A stretch of DNA of 64,000 nt, taken from positions 21,795 through 85,794 of the forward strand of contig CAYPQV010000007.1 in assembly GCA_964412955.1 (NCBI GenBank). Reading direction: 5' to 3'. Shown here piece by piece: positions 28,058-37,363 of this stretch (within the stretch, counting starts at the first letter, position 1; the number at the start of each line of letters is the position of its first letter). Below the pieces are notes generated by a model. That model saw nothing but the letters and a program-made list of their open reading frames with translations, did not search any database and was not told where the DNA came from. Made by a program: the position numbers and the translations under genes. Source of the stretch: an uncultured Hyphomicrobiales bacterium. GTDB lineage: Bacteria; Pseudomonadota; Alphaproteobacteria; Rhodospirillales; 2-12-FULL-67-15.

Positions 28058-29350
28058 TTATTCGGCGGCGACGGCCTTGGGCGCCTTGGCCGCCTGGCGC
28101 GCCTTCCACTTCTCCACTTCCTCGTCCCAGCCGTCGAGACGGACATAGGAACTGGTGCGCGGATGGATGACCATGTTGGCGTCCGGTTCGAGGCCGATGC
28201 CGTCGAGGAAATTGACCAGGCCGATGCGTTCGATCATTTCGCCCAGGCGTTCGTGGTCGAGGGCGTTTTCCGCCCAGAATTCGAGCACCTTGCGACCGAG
28301 ATCGACGAGTTTCTCATAGTCCTCGTCGGTCTCCAGGCGCATGAACGGCACCAGCACGGTGCCCATCAGGTCGCCGATCTTGAGCGAACGCTTGCCGCCC
28401 GCCAGCACCGTCGCGCCGCGCACCTTGCCCGGCTTCAACGCCTTGGTCAGGACGTTGATGCAGTGCATGCAGCGCACGCAGCTCTTGTTGTCGACGTCGA
28501 TGGTATCGTCGTCGTTCAGGCTCAGCGCCCGGGTCGGGCACATATTGATGACCTGATCGATGATTTCCTTGCGGCCGCGCTGCTTGACCGCCTTCTTGAA
28601 TTCGTCCTGGTCGACCTGCATGTCGTCGGCCCAGGTGCCGAGCACCGCGAAGTCGGAGCGGTGCGAGGCATTGACGCAGTCGTTGGCGCAGCCGGAGAAC
28701 TTGAACTTGAACTTGTAGGGCAGCGCCGGCCGGTGCATCTCCTCCAACAGCGAGTTGATCGTCAGCCGGTGCGCCTTCTGCTCGTTGTAGCAGGACTGCT
28801 CGCAGCGCGCCGCGCCGACGCAGCTCATCGACGTGCGCACGCCCGCGCCCGCGCCGCCGAGATCGAAGCCGATCTCGTTGAACGCGTCGAAGGCGGGCTG
28901 GACGTTTTCGGTCTTGATTCCCTGGAACATGATGTCGCCCGATTGGCCGTGGAAGGCGATCAGGCCGGAGCCGTACTTTTCCCAGATGTCGCACAGCTTG
29001 CGCATGGTGGCGGTGTCGTAGTGCATGCCCGCCGGCGGCTGGACGCGGAAGGTGTGGAATTCGGACGATTCGGGAAATTTTTCGCGCACCTCGGAGAAGC
29101 GGGGAATGATGCCCGCGCCGTAGCCGCGCACGCCGACCGTGCCGCCCTTCCAATAACCCTTGCGCGTTTCGTAGGAGTGCTCGAGCTGGCCGAGCAGGTC
29201 CTTCATCATCGGCGCGTATTGTTTGTCCTCGGATTCGGCCAGGCGCTTCAGGCCGGTGACGAAGCTCGGCCACGGTCCGCTTTCGAGTTGATCGAGCAGC
29301 GGGGTCGCGGGCATCGCCTTGCCGGATTTCGCGGTGGTATCTTGAGCCAT
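28058..29350 (-). CDS. dsrA: Reverse dissimilatory sulfite reductase alpha subunit
   Basis: TPLLDQLESGPWPSFV, YWKGGTVGV, siroheme motif CVGAARC...SGCANDC and CVRCMHC. GGAGG RBS. Confidence 0.97.
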   Translation of the reverse strand: MAQDTTAKSGKAMPATPLLDQLESGPWPSFVTGLKRLAESEDKQYAPMMKDLLGQLEHSYETRKGYWKGGTVGVRGYGAGIIPRFSEVREKFPESSEFHTFRVQPPAGMHYDTATMRKLCDIWEKYGSGLIAFHGQSGDIMFQGIKTENVQPAFDAFNEIGFDLGGAGAGVRTSMSCVGAARCEQSCYNEQKAHRLTINSLLEEMHRPALPYKFKFKFSGCANDCVNASHRSDFAVLGTWADDMQVDQDEFKKAVKQRGRKEIIDQVINMCPTRALSLNDDDTIDVDNKSCVRCMHCINVLTKALKPGKVRGATVLAGGKRSLKIGDLMGTVLVPFMRLETDEDYEKLVDLGRKVLEFWAENALDHERLGEMIERIGLVNFLDGIGLEPDANMVIHPRTSSYVRLDGWDEEVEKWKARQAAKAPKAVAAE

Positions 29351-29459
29351 TGGTTCCTCCCTCTCGGCGCGCGTAAAAAAAACAACGTGCACTTGCTCCG
29401 GGCGCGGTTGACCTGCGAATGTGAATCAGGTGCCCCCGGCTTAACCAATCGAATGATAG

Positions 29460-29515
29460 AGGATGATAGGTGACTAAAATCTAATATGCAATATTCTTAA
29501 TGTGCCTTTGCACAT
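29460..29515. promoter_or_regulatory. AT-rich divergent control region of dsrA / tauD-like gene with short dyads
   Basis: AATAT-GCA-ATATT at 29483-29495 and ATGTGC-CTTT-GCACAT at 29500-29515. Confidence 0.45.
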
Positions 29516-29530
29516 ATGGTTTTCGTTCGC

Positions 29531-30427
29531 ATGGATTCAAACCTACCCACGCAAGGTCCTTTCGCGCTCGCGGAACAAGCGGAATACGCTCGTTGGCGCG
29601 ACTTCAAGATGTCCTCGTATCCGTTTAATAAGGAAAGATTTTTTGTGAGATTTTCCGATCCCATCACCCCCTCGGCGACCGAGCGCGCCGAAGCCGCTGA
29701 AATTGTGCGGTGCACAAATTTTTTTCTCTACCGGACAACCGCGAAGACCGTCCCGGGTCGCGATATCGCCCAGGGTCTTGCCCGGGCGTTCGGCCTGTGT
29801 CGGCTCGATTCCAATCCCATGGCCGACGATGAAGGCCTCAGCCAAGTGACGGTGCGGACGGGCGAGGCGAAGCGCTACATTCCCTACACCGACCGGCCGA
29901 TCCAATGGCACACCGACGGCTACTACAACGCGCCCGACCGCCAGATCCGGGGCTTCCTGCTCCATTGCGAGCAGGACGCGGCCGAAGGCGGCGAAAGCCG
30001 GATCATGGATCACGAGATCGCCTATATCCTGCTGCGCGAGCGCGACCCGGCGCTCGTCGCCGCGCTGTTCCACCCGGAGGCCATGACCGTGCCGGCGAAC
30101 GAGATCGATGGCGCCGAGCTGCGCTCCGTGCGTCCGGGCCCCGTTTTTTCCGTCGATCCGGCGAGCGGCGCGCTGCACATGCGCTATACCGCGCGGACCC
30201 GCAGCATCGTCTGGCGCGACGATCCGGATGTTCGCGCCGCCGCCCAGGCGCTTGAACGCTTGCTCGACGATCCCGCATCGCCTTACGTGGTGCGCCATCG
30301 CCTCGAGCCGGGCGAAGGCGTCGTCTGCAACAACGTGCTGCACGGGCGCGGCGCGTTTCGCGACGACGCGGCGCGCAAGCGGCTGGTGTGGCGGGCGCGC
30401 AGCTACGACCGGATCGCGTTTACCTGA
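29531..30427 (+). CDS. TauD/TfdA-family Fe(II)/2OG dioxygenase-like protein
   Basis: WHTDGYY (HxD), GGES, MRYTAR and NNVLHGR motifs. Alternative start at 29516. Confidence 0.88.
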   Translation: MDSNLPTQGPFALAEQAEYARWRDFKMSSYPFNKERFFVRFSDPITPSATERAEAAEIVRCTNFFLYRTTAKTVPGRDIAQGLARAFGLCRLDSNPMADDEGLSQVTVRTGEAKRYIPYTDRPIQWHTDGYYNAPDRQIRGFLLHCEQDAAEGGESRIMDHEIAYILLRERDPALVAALFHPEAMTVPANEIDGAELRSVRPGPVFSVDPASGALHMRYTARTRSIVWRDDPDVRAAAQALERLLDDPASPYVVRHRLEPGEGVVCNNVLHGRGAFRDDAARKRLVWRARSYDRIAFT

Positions 30428-30447
30428 ATGGCACAGAGGAGATTTTC

Positions 30448-30666
30448 GTGGCGCTTTATACCATTCGCGGCGAGATCGACGCCTTCGACGCGCCCTGGGG
30501 CAAGTCGATCGCGCTCCAGAAGGTCGAGTACGAAGGCGGATTGAATTTGCTCCGGGTCCGGATCAAGGAAGGAAGCCGCTTCACGCTCCTCGACCTCGAT
30601 CCGGCGAGCGCGAAGCGGCTCGCCGGCGCGCTCGCCGCCTGGGCCGACGGGACGTCCGCTCCATGA
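30448..30666 (+). CDS. Small conserved-looking hypothetical protein (72 aa)
   Basis: GAGGAG RBS plus GTG start; APWGKSI..EGGLNLLRVRIKEGSRFTLLDLD. Stop overlaps the next ATG (ATGA). Confidence 0.75.
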   Translation: MALYTIRGEIDAFDAPWGKSIALQKVEYEGGLNLLRVRIKEGSRFTLLDLDPASAKRLAGALAAWADGTSAP

Positions 30667-31280
30667 TCGATCCCGGCCTCTTCCTGGCCTTCGTTCTCGC
30701 CGTCGCGGTCCTCATGCTCACGCCCGGGCCGAACGTTGCGCTGATCGTCGGCAACAGCGTCGCGTTCGGATCGCGCTACGGCCTGCTCACGGTCGCCGGC
30801 ACCAGTTCGGCCATGGCCGCGCAGATCGCGCTCGCCGCATTCGGCATGGCGGAGCTCCTCGCGGGCGCGGGCTCCTGGTTCGACGCGATCCGCTGGGTCG
30901 GCGTCGCTTATCTCGTGTACCTCGGCGTCGTCCAATGGCGGGCGCCGATCCCCGATCTGTCGGGGCCTTCCGCCCGCGCCGTGTCGCGCCGCAGGATTTT
31001 CGGCCGCGCGGTGGTCGTGGCCCTGACCAACCCCAAGGTGCTGTTTTTCCTCGGCGCGTTTTTTCCCCAGTTCGTCGATCCGGATCGCGCCATCGGCCCG
31101 CAAATGGCGATCCTGTCGGCGACCTTTCTCGCCATCGTGTGCACCGTCGACGTCGGCTGGGCCCTGACCGCCGGCCGCGCGCGGCGGCTGTTGGCCGAGC
31201 GCGCCCGCACGCAAAACCGAATCTCCGGCGCCTTGCTGATCGTCGCCGCGATCGGACTCGCTTTCGCGCGCGGCAAATAG
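30663..31280 (+). CDS. LysE/RhtB family exporter
   Basis: LTPGPN, GVAYLVYLG and LTNPKVLFF motifs. Confidence 0.92.
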   Translation: MIDPGLFLAFVLAVAVLMLTPGPNVALIVGNSVAFGSRYGLLTVAGTSSAMAAQIALAAFGMAELLAGAGSWFDAIRWVGVAYLVYLGVVQWRAPIPDLSGPSARAVSRRRIFGRAVVVALTNPKVLFFLGAFFPQFVDPDRAIGPQMAILSATFLAIVCTVDVGWALTAGRARRLLAERARTQNRISGALLIVAAIGLAFARGK

Positions 31281-31305
31281 CGGACAGAAACCGTCCGGCC
31301 GACAC

Positions 31306-32550
31306 ATGGATCGATCGCACGCCCTGACCGTCGCCGTCTTTCTCGCCACCTACGCCGGCATGGCATTCGGGCGGGTGCCGGGCCTCAAGATCGACCGCAC
31401 CGGCATCGCATTGATGGCGGTCGCCGCCCTGCTCGCGTTCGGAGCGACCGACGTCGCGGCGATCGGTCGCGCGATCGACGCGCCGACCCTGCTGCTGCTG
31501 TTCGCCTTGATGCTGCTGTCGGCCCAATTCGCGGGCGCCGGCTTTTACGATCTCTGCGCCGCCGCCACCACCGGCGCGCGCGTCACGCCGACCGTCCTTC
31601 TCGGCCTCACGGTCGCGGTCGCGGGCGCGCTCTCGGCGGTGCTGGCCAACGACATCGTGGTCTACGCCATGACCCCGCTGTTGTGCGCCGGGCTCAAGGC
31701 GCGCGGACTCGATCCCAGGCCCTTTCTCGTCGGCCTTGCGGGCGGCAGCAACGCCGGGTCGGCCGCCACCATCATCGGCAATCCGCAGAACATCCTGATC
31801 GGGCAATTGGGCGGCCTTGATTTCTGGAGCTTCGTCGCCGCGTGCGGCGTTCCGGCGCTGGCGGCGATGGCCATCGTGTTCGTCGTAATCCGCGTCGTCT
31901 GGCGCGATTCCTTCGCGACCGCGGGGAGCGGCGTGTCCGCGACCGCGCCATTGCCCGAATTCGATCGTTGGCAGACGGCGAAGGGCTTGGCCGCCGCCAT
32001 CGCCCTCATCGCCTTGTTTCTCACGCCGGTTCCGCGCGAAATCGGCGCGCTCGCCATCGCCGCGCTCTTGCTCGCGAGCCGGACCATGGCCAGCCGTTCG
32101 ATGATCGGCGCGGTCGATTGGCATCTGCTGCTGCTGTTCGCGTGCCTGTTCACCGTGACCGCCGCGTTCGCCGGCACCGGCCTCGCGGCGGACGGCCTCG
32201 CCTGGCTCGGAACCCGCGCGCTCCTGCCCGACAACATCGCGGTGCTGGCGCCGCTCGCGCTCGTCTTGAGCAACGGTATCGGCAACGTCCCGGCGGTGAT
32301 CCTGCTGATGGCGGTGTGGCCAGACGCAAGTCCGGGCGCGCTCTACGGTCTCGCGCTGCTATCGACCCTCGCCGGCAATTTCCTCCTTGTCGGCAGTCTC
32401 GCCAATCTCATCGTCGCCGAACGGGCGGCGGTCGCGGGCGTGTCGTTGACGTTTCGCGATTTTGCCCGCGCCGGCGTGCCGATGACGCTGTTGTCGATGG
32501 GGTTCGCCGTCCTCTGGCTCGGCATCGGCGGCTGGATGCCCTGGCGCTGA
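31306..32550 (+). CDS. ArsB/NhaD/SLC13-like anion permease
   Basis: IDRTGIAL, LANDIVV, SNAGSAATIIGNPQN, SNGIGNVPA and GSLANLIV motifs. Confidence 0.88.
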   Translation: MDRSHALTVAVFLATYAGMAFGRVPGLKIDRTGIALMAVAALLAFGATDVAAIGRAIDAPTLLLLFALMLLSAQFAGAGFYDLCAAATTGARVTPTVLLGLTVAVAGALSAVLANDIVVYAMTPLLCAGLKARGLDPRPFLVGLAGGSNAGSAATIIGNPQNILIGQLGGLDFWSFVAACGVPALAAMAIVFVVIRVVWRDSFATAGSGVSATAPLPEFDRWQTAKGLAAAIALIALFLTPVPREIGALAIAALLLASRTMASRSMIGAVDWHLLLLFACLFTVTAAFAGTGLAADGLAWLGTRALLPDNIAVLAPLALVLSNGIGNVPAVILLMAVWPDASPGALYGLALLSTLAGNFLLVGSLANLIVAERAAVAGVSLTFRDFARAGVPMTLLSMGFAVLWLGIGGWMPWR

Positions 32551-32573
32551 ACTATCGCGACTCCGACGCCGCG

Positions 32574-34616
32574 CTACATCCGGAACGCGTCCTTGGCCTT
32601 CGCGCCGCCGGCGGGAATCCGGCAGGTGGCGGTGGTGCCGCGGTTGGGCAGCGATTTCAGCTCGAACGTGCCGCCGTGCAGCTCGATCAGGCGGCGCACC
32701 AGGGTCAGCCCCAAGCCGGCGCCGCCGGTCCCGGCGTTACCGATGCCCGCCGGGCGGACGGGTATCACCTTTTCGAACGCCTTCTGCACCCGCTCCAGGT
32801 CCGCGAACGGAATGCCGACGCCGGTGTCGGCGACGGCGAGGACCACCTCGTCCCCTTCGCGCGCGGCGAGCAGGCGCACGCCGCCGCGCGGCGGCGTGAA
32901 CGCGATGGCGTTGCTGAGAAGATGGAAAAGGACGTGCCTGAGGCGCCTTTCGTCCGCCCTGAGCCAGCCGATGTCGTGCGGCGCGTCGAATTCCAGGCGC
33001 AAATCCCGTTTCCGCGCCCGCTCGCGCACCAGGTTCAGCACCGAGACCAGGAGTGCATGAACGTCGACCGCGTCGAGTTCGAGATCCAGCGACCCCGCTT
33101 CGATCGAGGCGAGATCGAGAATGTCGTTCACCACCGCCATCAGGCCGCGCGCGGATTCGTCGATGTGCCGGACGTATTCCGTCTGCCGGGGGGTGAGAGT
33201 CCCGAAATAGCCGGCATCCAGGGTTTCGGCGAAGCCGATCACGCTGGTGAGCGGCGTGCGGATTTCGTGGCTGACGTTGGCGATGAACTGGGATTTCAGA
33301 CGCGCCGCCTCCTCGAAGGCGAGCGCGCGCTCGAGCAGCGTTTCCTCGGTGCGCGCGCGGTCGGTCGCATCGAGATAACCGAGCAGCACGGCGCCGTCCG
33401 GCAACGGCACGGTCGCGTAATCGATCACCGTGTCGTCGGAACGCTCGATCCTTCCTTCGCCCTTGCGCCGCGACAGCAGCCGCCCCGCCAGCCGTTCGGC
33501 GAACCCCGGCCAATCCTCCACGTCGCGGCGGAAGGGTCGCATCGCCTCGATGAAATCGGCGAGCCGCAGGCCGGCGGCGAGGGATTCCGGCTTCAGGTTC
33601 CAAAGCCGCGCGAATTCGCGGTTGGCGAGCTTCAGGCGCCCGTCGGCGCCGAACACGGCGGCGCCCTCATGCAGGTTGTCGAGCGTCGTGTCGTGGACCC
33701 GGGTCGCGGTCTTGAGCGACGATTTCAGCGCCAGTTCGGCGGTCACGTCCTCGTAGACGAACACGGCGCCGCCCTCCCGACGCGGGCTCGCGCGCAGGGA
33801 CAGCACCGTGTCGTCGGGAAGATGGATCAGGGCGGGCGGCGCCGGCTGGGCGAGGCCGAGCAGCGCCAGTTGTTCGGCCTTGTAGGCGTGGAAATCGGGA
33901 ACCTCCGGCAGGCGGCGGCGGGCGCGCAGCGCTTCCAGGATTTCGCCCCAATGCGGCCCGGTTTCCAGCCACCGGCGTTCGAGCCGCCACAGTCCCGCGC
34001 AAGACCCGTTGCACGCGGCGAGCCGTCCGTCGGCGGCGAACACGGCGACCGGCGTCACCAGCGATTCCAGAATGTCGGCGGCGGCGGTTGCGTTCGCCGT
34101 CGCCGGCGCGTCCGCCGGTAACGGCTGGGCTTCGGGCGCGGGCGGGCCCGGCATCGGGCGGAACCAGAGCGAATCGGCGACCGTGCCGCCGCCCGCGTCG
34201 CGCGCGCGGGTGCCCGCGACCGCGATCGGGATGCCGCCCCGCATCACCACCGTGTCGAAAATCGTGCCGTCGCTTCTCAGGCGCTCGGTCGCGCGCGCGA
34301 GCGTTTCGGCGTCGGCGGGAGCAAGCGCGGCCAGCACGTCGGCGAAACGGAGCGCGTGGCCATCCGAGCCGAGCCCGAGTAGCCGCGCGAGCCGGCGCGA
34401 GCAGAATTCGGTGCCGCGCGCGCCCTCGAAGACGAAGCTGGCGTCGGGACAGGCGGCGAGCAGCGCGCGCGCCCGGTCGGCGTCCTCGGCGGCGAGCAGG
34501 GCTTGCGTGGCCGCGCGCCCGGCCGCGCGCTTGTAGTAAAGAACGACGGGCACGCCCAGAAACAGCGCGATCCCCGCCGTCAGCGCCGGATAAAGCAGGC
34601 TTTCGATCCCCGTCAT
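32574..34616 (-). CDS. PAS-domain sensor histidine kinase (DivL-like architecture, His retained)
   Basis: N-terminal TM segment, PAS-like repeats, H-box VSHEIRTPL, LLSNAI, DTGVGI and GAGLGL. Confidence 0.9.
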   Translation of the reverse strand: MTGIESLLYPALTAGIALFLGVPVVLYYKRAAGRAATQALLAAEDADRARALLAACPDASFVFEGARGTEFCSRRLARLLGLGSDGHALRFADVLAALAPADAETLARATERLRSDGTIFDTVVMRGGIPIAVAGTRARDAGGGTVADSLWFRPMPGPPAPEAQPLPADAPATANATAAADILESLVTPVAVFAADGRLAACNGSCAGLWRLERRWLETGPHWGEILEALRARRRLPEVPDFHAYKAEQLALLGLAQPAPPALIHLPDDTVLSLRASPRREGGAVFVYEDVTAELALKSSLKTATRVHDTTLDNLHEGAAVFGADGRLKLANREFARLWNLKPESLAAGLRLADFIEAMRPFRRDVEDWPGFAERLAGRLLSRRKGEGRIERSDDTVIDYATVPLPDGAVLLGYLDATDRARTEETLLERALAFEEAARLKSQFIANVSHEIRTPLTSVIGFAETLDAGYFGTLTPRQTEYVRHIDESARGLMAVVNDILDLASIEAGSLDLELDAVDVHALLVSVLNLVRERARKRDLRLEFDAPHDIGWLRADERRLRHVLFHLLSNAIAFTPPRGGVRLLAAREGDEVVLAVADTGVGIPFADLERVQKAFEKVIPVRPAGIGNAGTGGAGLGLTLVRRLIELHGGTFELKSLPNRGTTATCRIPAGGAKAKDAFRM

Positions 34617-34765
34617 GACAGGGAATCTTAGTGGCAACGCGAATTCCGGGCCAAGTCGCGGGCGGGATCGGGCGTCAACCGGGGCTCCCCGGTCGAATCA
34701 ATGGACGAGCCGCAACAGGGATGGAGGGCGAATCGGACCGGCCTTGCACGCCTTTTCTCGATCGA

Positions 34766-34807
34766 TTGATTTCCATCAAGGCCGTCGGTCGATGCTTTCC
34801 TTATTAT
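34766..34807 (+). promoter_or_regulatory. FNR/FixK box with class II-spaced -10 element
   Basis: Perfect TTGAT-TTCC-ATCAA at 34766-34779 and TATTAT at 34802-34807. This spacing fits a site centred near -41.5. Confidence 0.7.
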
Positions 34808-34904
34808 TTTGTCTACGGCATCTCGATTTCTTCTCGATCCGCACCCTGTGAGTATCCGCGGGAGGGCGGTTTCGCTTTTGCCGTTCAATCGAGGGAGGAA
34901 TCTC

Positions 34905-35891
34905 ATGAGAATCGCATTCGCTTTCGGCGCGATGCTCGCTCTGCTCGCGCAGGATCCGGTCTTGGCCGCAAGCCAGGACAAGTACGAACTGGGCCAGCCC
35001 TACCTCGGCTGGGAACAGGCCTACCTCAAGGAGTTTCCCGACACCCAGAAGGTCATGGACCGCATGATCGAAATTTCGGTCCGCCAGCTTAAGGAACCGG
35101 AACAGGATATTCTGCACAATCGCATCTGTTCGGCGCTCGCCTACAAAATGGCGCTCGACAGCAAGCTCGTTAAAGCCGATCGGCGGCTTGCGGTCGTCAC
35201 CGATATTCTTCACAACATCGACAAGGAAGAGAAGGATGCGGTCCTGACCAACCCCAAGGTATTCGGCGAGACCGCGGCCATGGTGACCCGCCTCAGGCAG
35301 GCTGGTTATTTCAAGGGGGCGCCGCGATTCTGGGCGGACGAGGCGGTGCTCAAGAATCCCAAGGTCGGCGGCAACCGCGCTCTCGTGCACCATTTGACCA
35401 GCGCGTTGACCGCGGGCGAGATTCTGAAAACCGTCGACGGCTTCTCGGCCAAGGACATCGACCGGGTACAGGCCGCGATCGTCGGCCATTCCACCGGTTA
35501 CTGGTATTTCCGTCAATCGATCGATGCCGCCGCTGGACGCAAGGCCGCTTGGGAAACGATTTATCCCGACCCGGAAGGCGACATCGCCCTGTTCGCCCAC
35601 GACGCCGACCTGATCTCGCAATTCGCGCCCGAATCGGTCGTGCCCGAGGGCAGCAAGTGGCGCACGCTCGCCGCCAAGCGTTGGGGCGCCAAGGGAGCGG
35701 TCGAGGAAGCGCACGTGGTCTATTACGTGTTCTTCCGCCTGTTCGAGGAGGCCAAAACCGAACCCGGCAGGGCCCTGGCGCGCGAACAGTGGGAAAAAAT
35801 CCGTCCAGAATTGATCAAGCTGATGCAACTCAAGGCCGATGACGATCCGGTCAAGGTCTTGGGCGTTCCCAAGGTTTTCCAGGGTTCGTAG
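34905..35891 (+). CDS. Exported HD-domain-like hypothetical protein
   Basis: GGAGG RBS; signal peptide MRIAFAFGAMLALLAQDPVLA; H(NRI)...ILHNIDK...HH...GHS...HDAD pattern. Confidence 0.7.
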   Translation: MRIAFAFGAMLALLAQDPVLAASQDKYELGQPYLGWEQAYLKEFPDTQKVMDRMIEISVRQLKEPEQDILHNRICSALAYKMALDSKLVKADRRLAVVTDILHNIDKEEKDAVLTNPKVFGETAAMVTRLRQAGYFKGAPRFWADEAVLKNPKVGGNRALVHHLTSALTAGEILKTVDGFSAKDIDRVQAAIVGHSTGYWYFRQSIDAAAGRKAAWETIYPDPEGDIALFAHDADLISQFAPESVVPEGSKWRTLAAKRWGAKGAVEEAHVVYYVFFRLFEEAKTEPGRALAREQWEKIRPELIKLMQLKADDDPVKVLGVPKVFQGS

Positions 35892-35983
35892 CACCGTCGG
35901 GACTGGACACCCGCGCGCCGATTCGATCCAATACGCGCGGGGGCGTCCTGATCCGTCATTCCGAACGCAGGGAGAAAACCGTC

Positions 35984-37321
35984 ATGTCGAATCATTTTCA
36001 CCGCGCGTTGGCCGGGCTTGCCGCCGCGGCGATGTTCCTGGCCGCGTCCGTTTCCGCCGCCACGCTCGAGGACAAGGTCGTCATCGTGACGTCGTTTTCC
36101 AAGGACCTGACCGCGCCTTACCAGAAAGCGTTCCAGCAGAAATACCCCGGCACCAAGGTCGAGGTGCTCAACAAGCAGACCAATGCCGGCATCAAGTTCC
36201 TCCAGGAAACCGCGTCCAACAACCAGACCGACCTGTTCTGGGCCTCCGCGCCGGACGCGTTCGAGGTGCTCAAGAACGAAAAACTGCTGCAGCCCTACCG
36301 GCCGAAGGCGGCCGGCATCGCCGCCAAGGTCGGCGCGTTCCCGGTCCACAACCCGGACGGGTTCTATTCCGGGTTCGCCGCGTCGGGTTACGGCATCATG
36401 TACAATACCCGTTACATGGCGGCGAAGAAGCTTCCGGCGCCAAAGGAATGGGCGGATCTCGAAAAGGCGGTCTATTTCGATCACGTGGCGATTTCGGCCC
36501 CGTCGCGTTCCGGGACCACGCACCTGACGATCGAAACCATCCTGCAGGGCGAAGGCTGGGACAAGGGTTGGGCCACCGTCAAGGCGATGGCCGGCAACTT
36601 CGCGCAAGTGACCGAGCGCAGCTTCGGCGTGCCCGACGGCGTCAACAGCGGCACGTTCGGCATCGGCATCGTTATCGACTTCTTCGGTTTCTCCTCGGCG
36701 GCGAGCGGATTCCCGGTCGAGTTCGTCTATCCGACGGTGACCACCCTGGTGCCGGCCAACGTCGGCGTCGTCAAGAACGCGCCCCACCCGCGCGCGGCGG
36801 AGACGTTCATCGAATTCCTGCTTTCGCCCGAGGGCCAGGAAATCCTGTTCGACAAGGGCATCATGCGCCTGCCGGTGCTGCCCGCGGCCTACGCCAAGGC
36901 GCCGGCCGGCATGCCCAATCCGTTCAAGGACACCTCGATCGGCGCGAAGGTCCAATTCGATACCGTGATGTCGGAACACCGCTACAATCTGGTGAACTCG
37001 CTGTTCGACCAGACCGTCACCTTCCGCCTGGGCGATCTCAAGGCGGCGACCAAGGCGATCCACGAAGCGGAGGCGGCGTTGGCCAAGAAGCCGAACGCCG
37101 CGGCCAAGGCGATGATCGCGGAAGCTCGCGGGTTGATCGCGGCCATGCCGATCAAGGAAGCGGAAGCCAACGATCCCAAGGTCGCCGGCGCGTTCAAGGC
37201 GCTGAAAAAAGGCGAAAAACCGGCGGAGCGCCAAGCCCAGATCGAGGAACGCTGGGACGCGTTCGCCAAGGCGAACTACGCCAAGGCCAAGGACCTGGCG
37301 GAAAAAGCGCGGAAGATGTAG
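35984..37321 (+). CDS. ABC transporter substrate-binding protein (PgtC/AfuA-like)
   Basis: Signal peptide; VIVTSF, DLFWAS, APSRSGTT and GIGIVIDFF motifs. Confidence 0.88.
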   Translation: MSNHFHRALAGLAAAAMFLAASVSAATLEDKVVIVTSFSKDLTAPYQKAFQQKYPGTKVEVLNKQTNAGIKFLQETASNNQTDLFWASAPDAFEVLKNEKLLQPYRPKAAGIAAKVGAFPVHNPDGFYSGFAASGYGIMYNTRYMAAKKLPAPKEWADLEKAVYFDHVAISAPSRSGTTHLTIETILQGEGWDKGWATVKAMAGNFAQVTERSFGVPDGVNSGTFGIGIVIDFFGFSSAASGFPVEFVYPTVTTLVPANVGVVKNAPHPRAAETFIEFLLSPEGQEILFDKGIMRLPVLPAAYAKAPAGMPNPFKDTSIGAKVQFDTVMSEHRYNLVNSLFDQTVTFRLGDLKAATKAIHEAEAALAKKPNAAAKAMIAEARGLIAAMPIKEAEANDPKVAGAFKALKKGEKPAERQAQIEERWDAFAKANYAKAKDLAEKARKM

Positions 37322-37363
37322 CGCCCCGCCCGCCTGGATTCCCGCGAGCGCGGGGCCCAGCGC

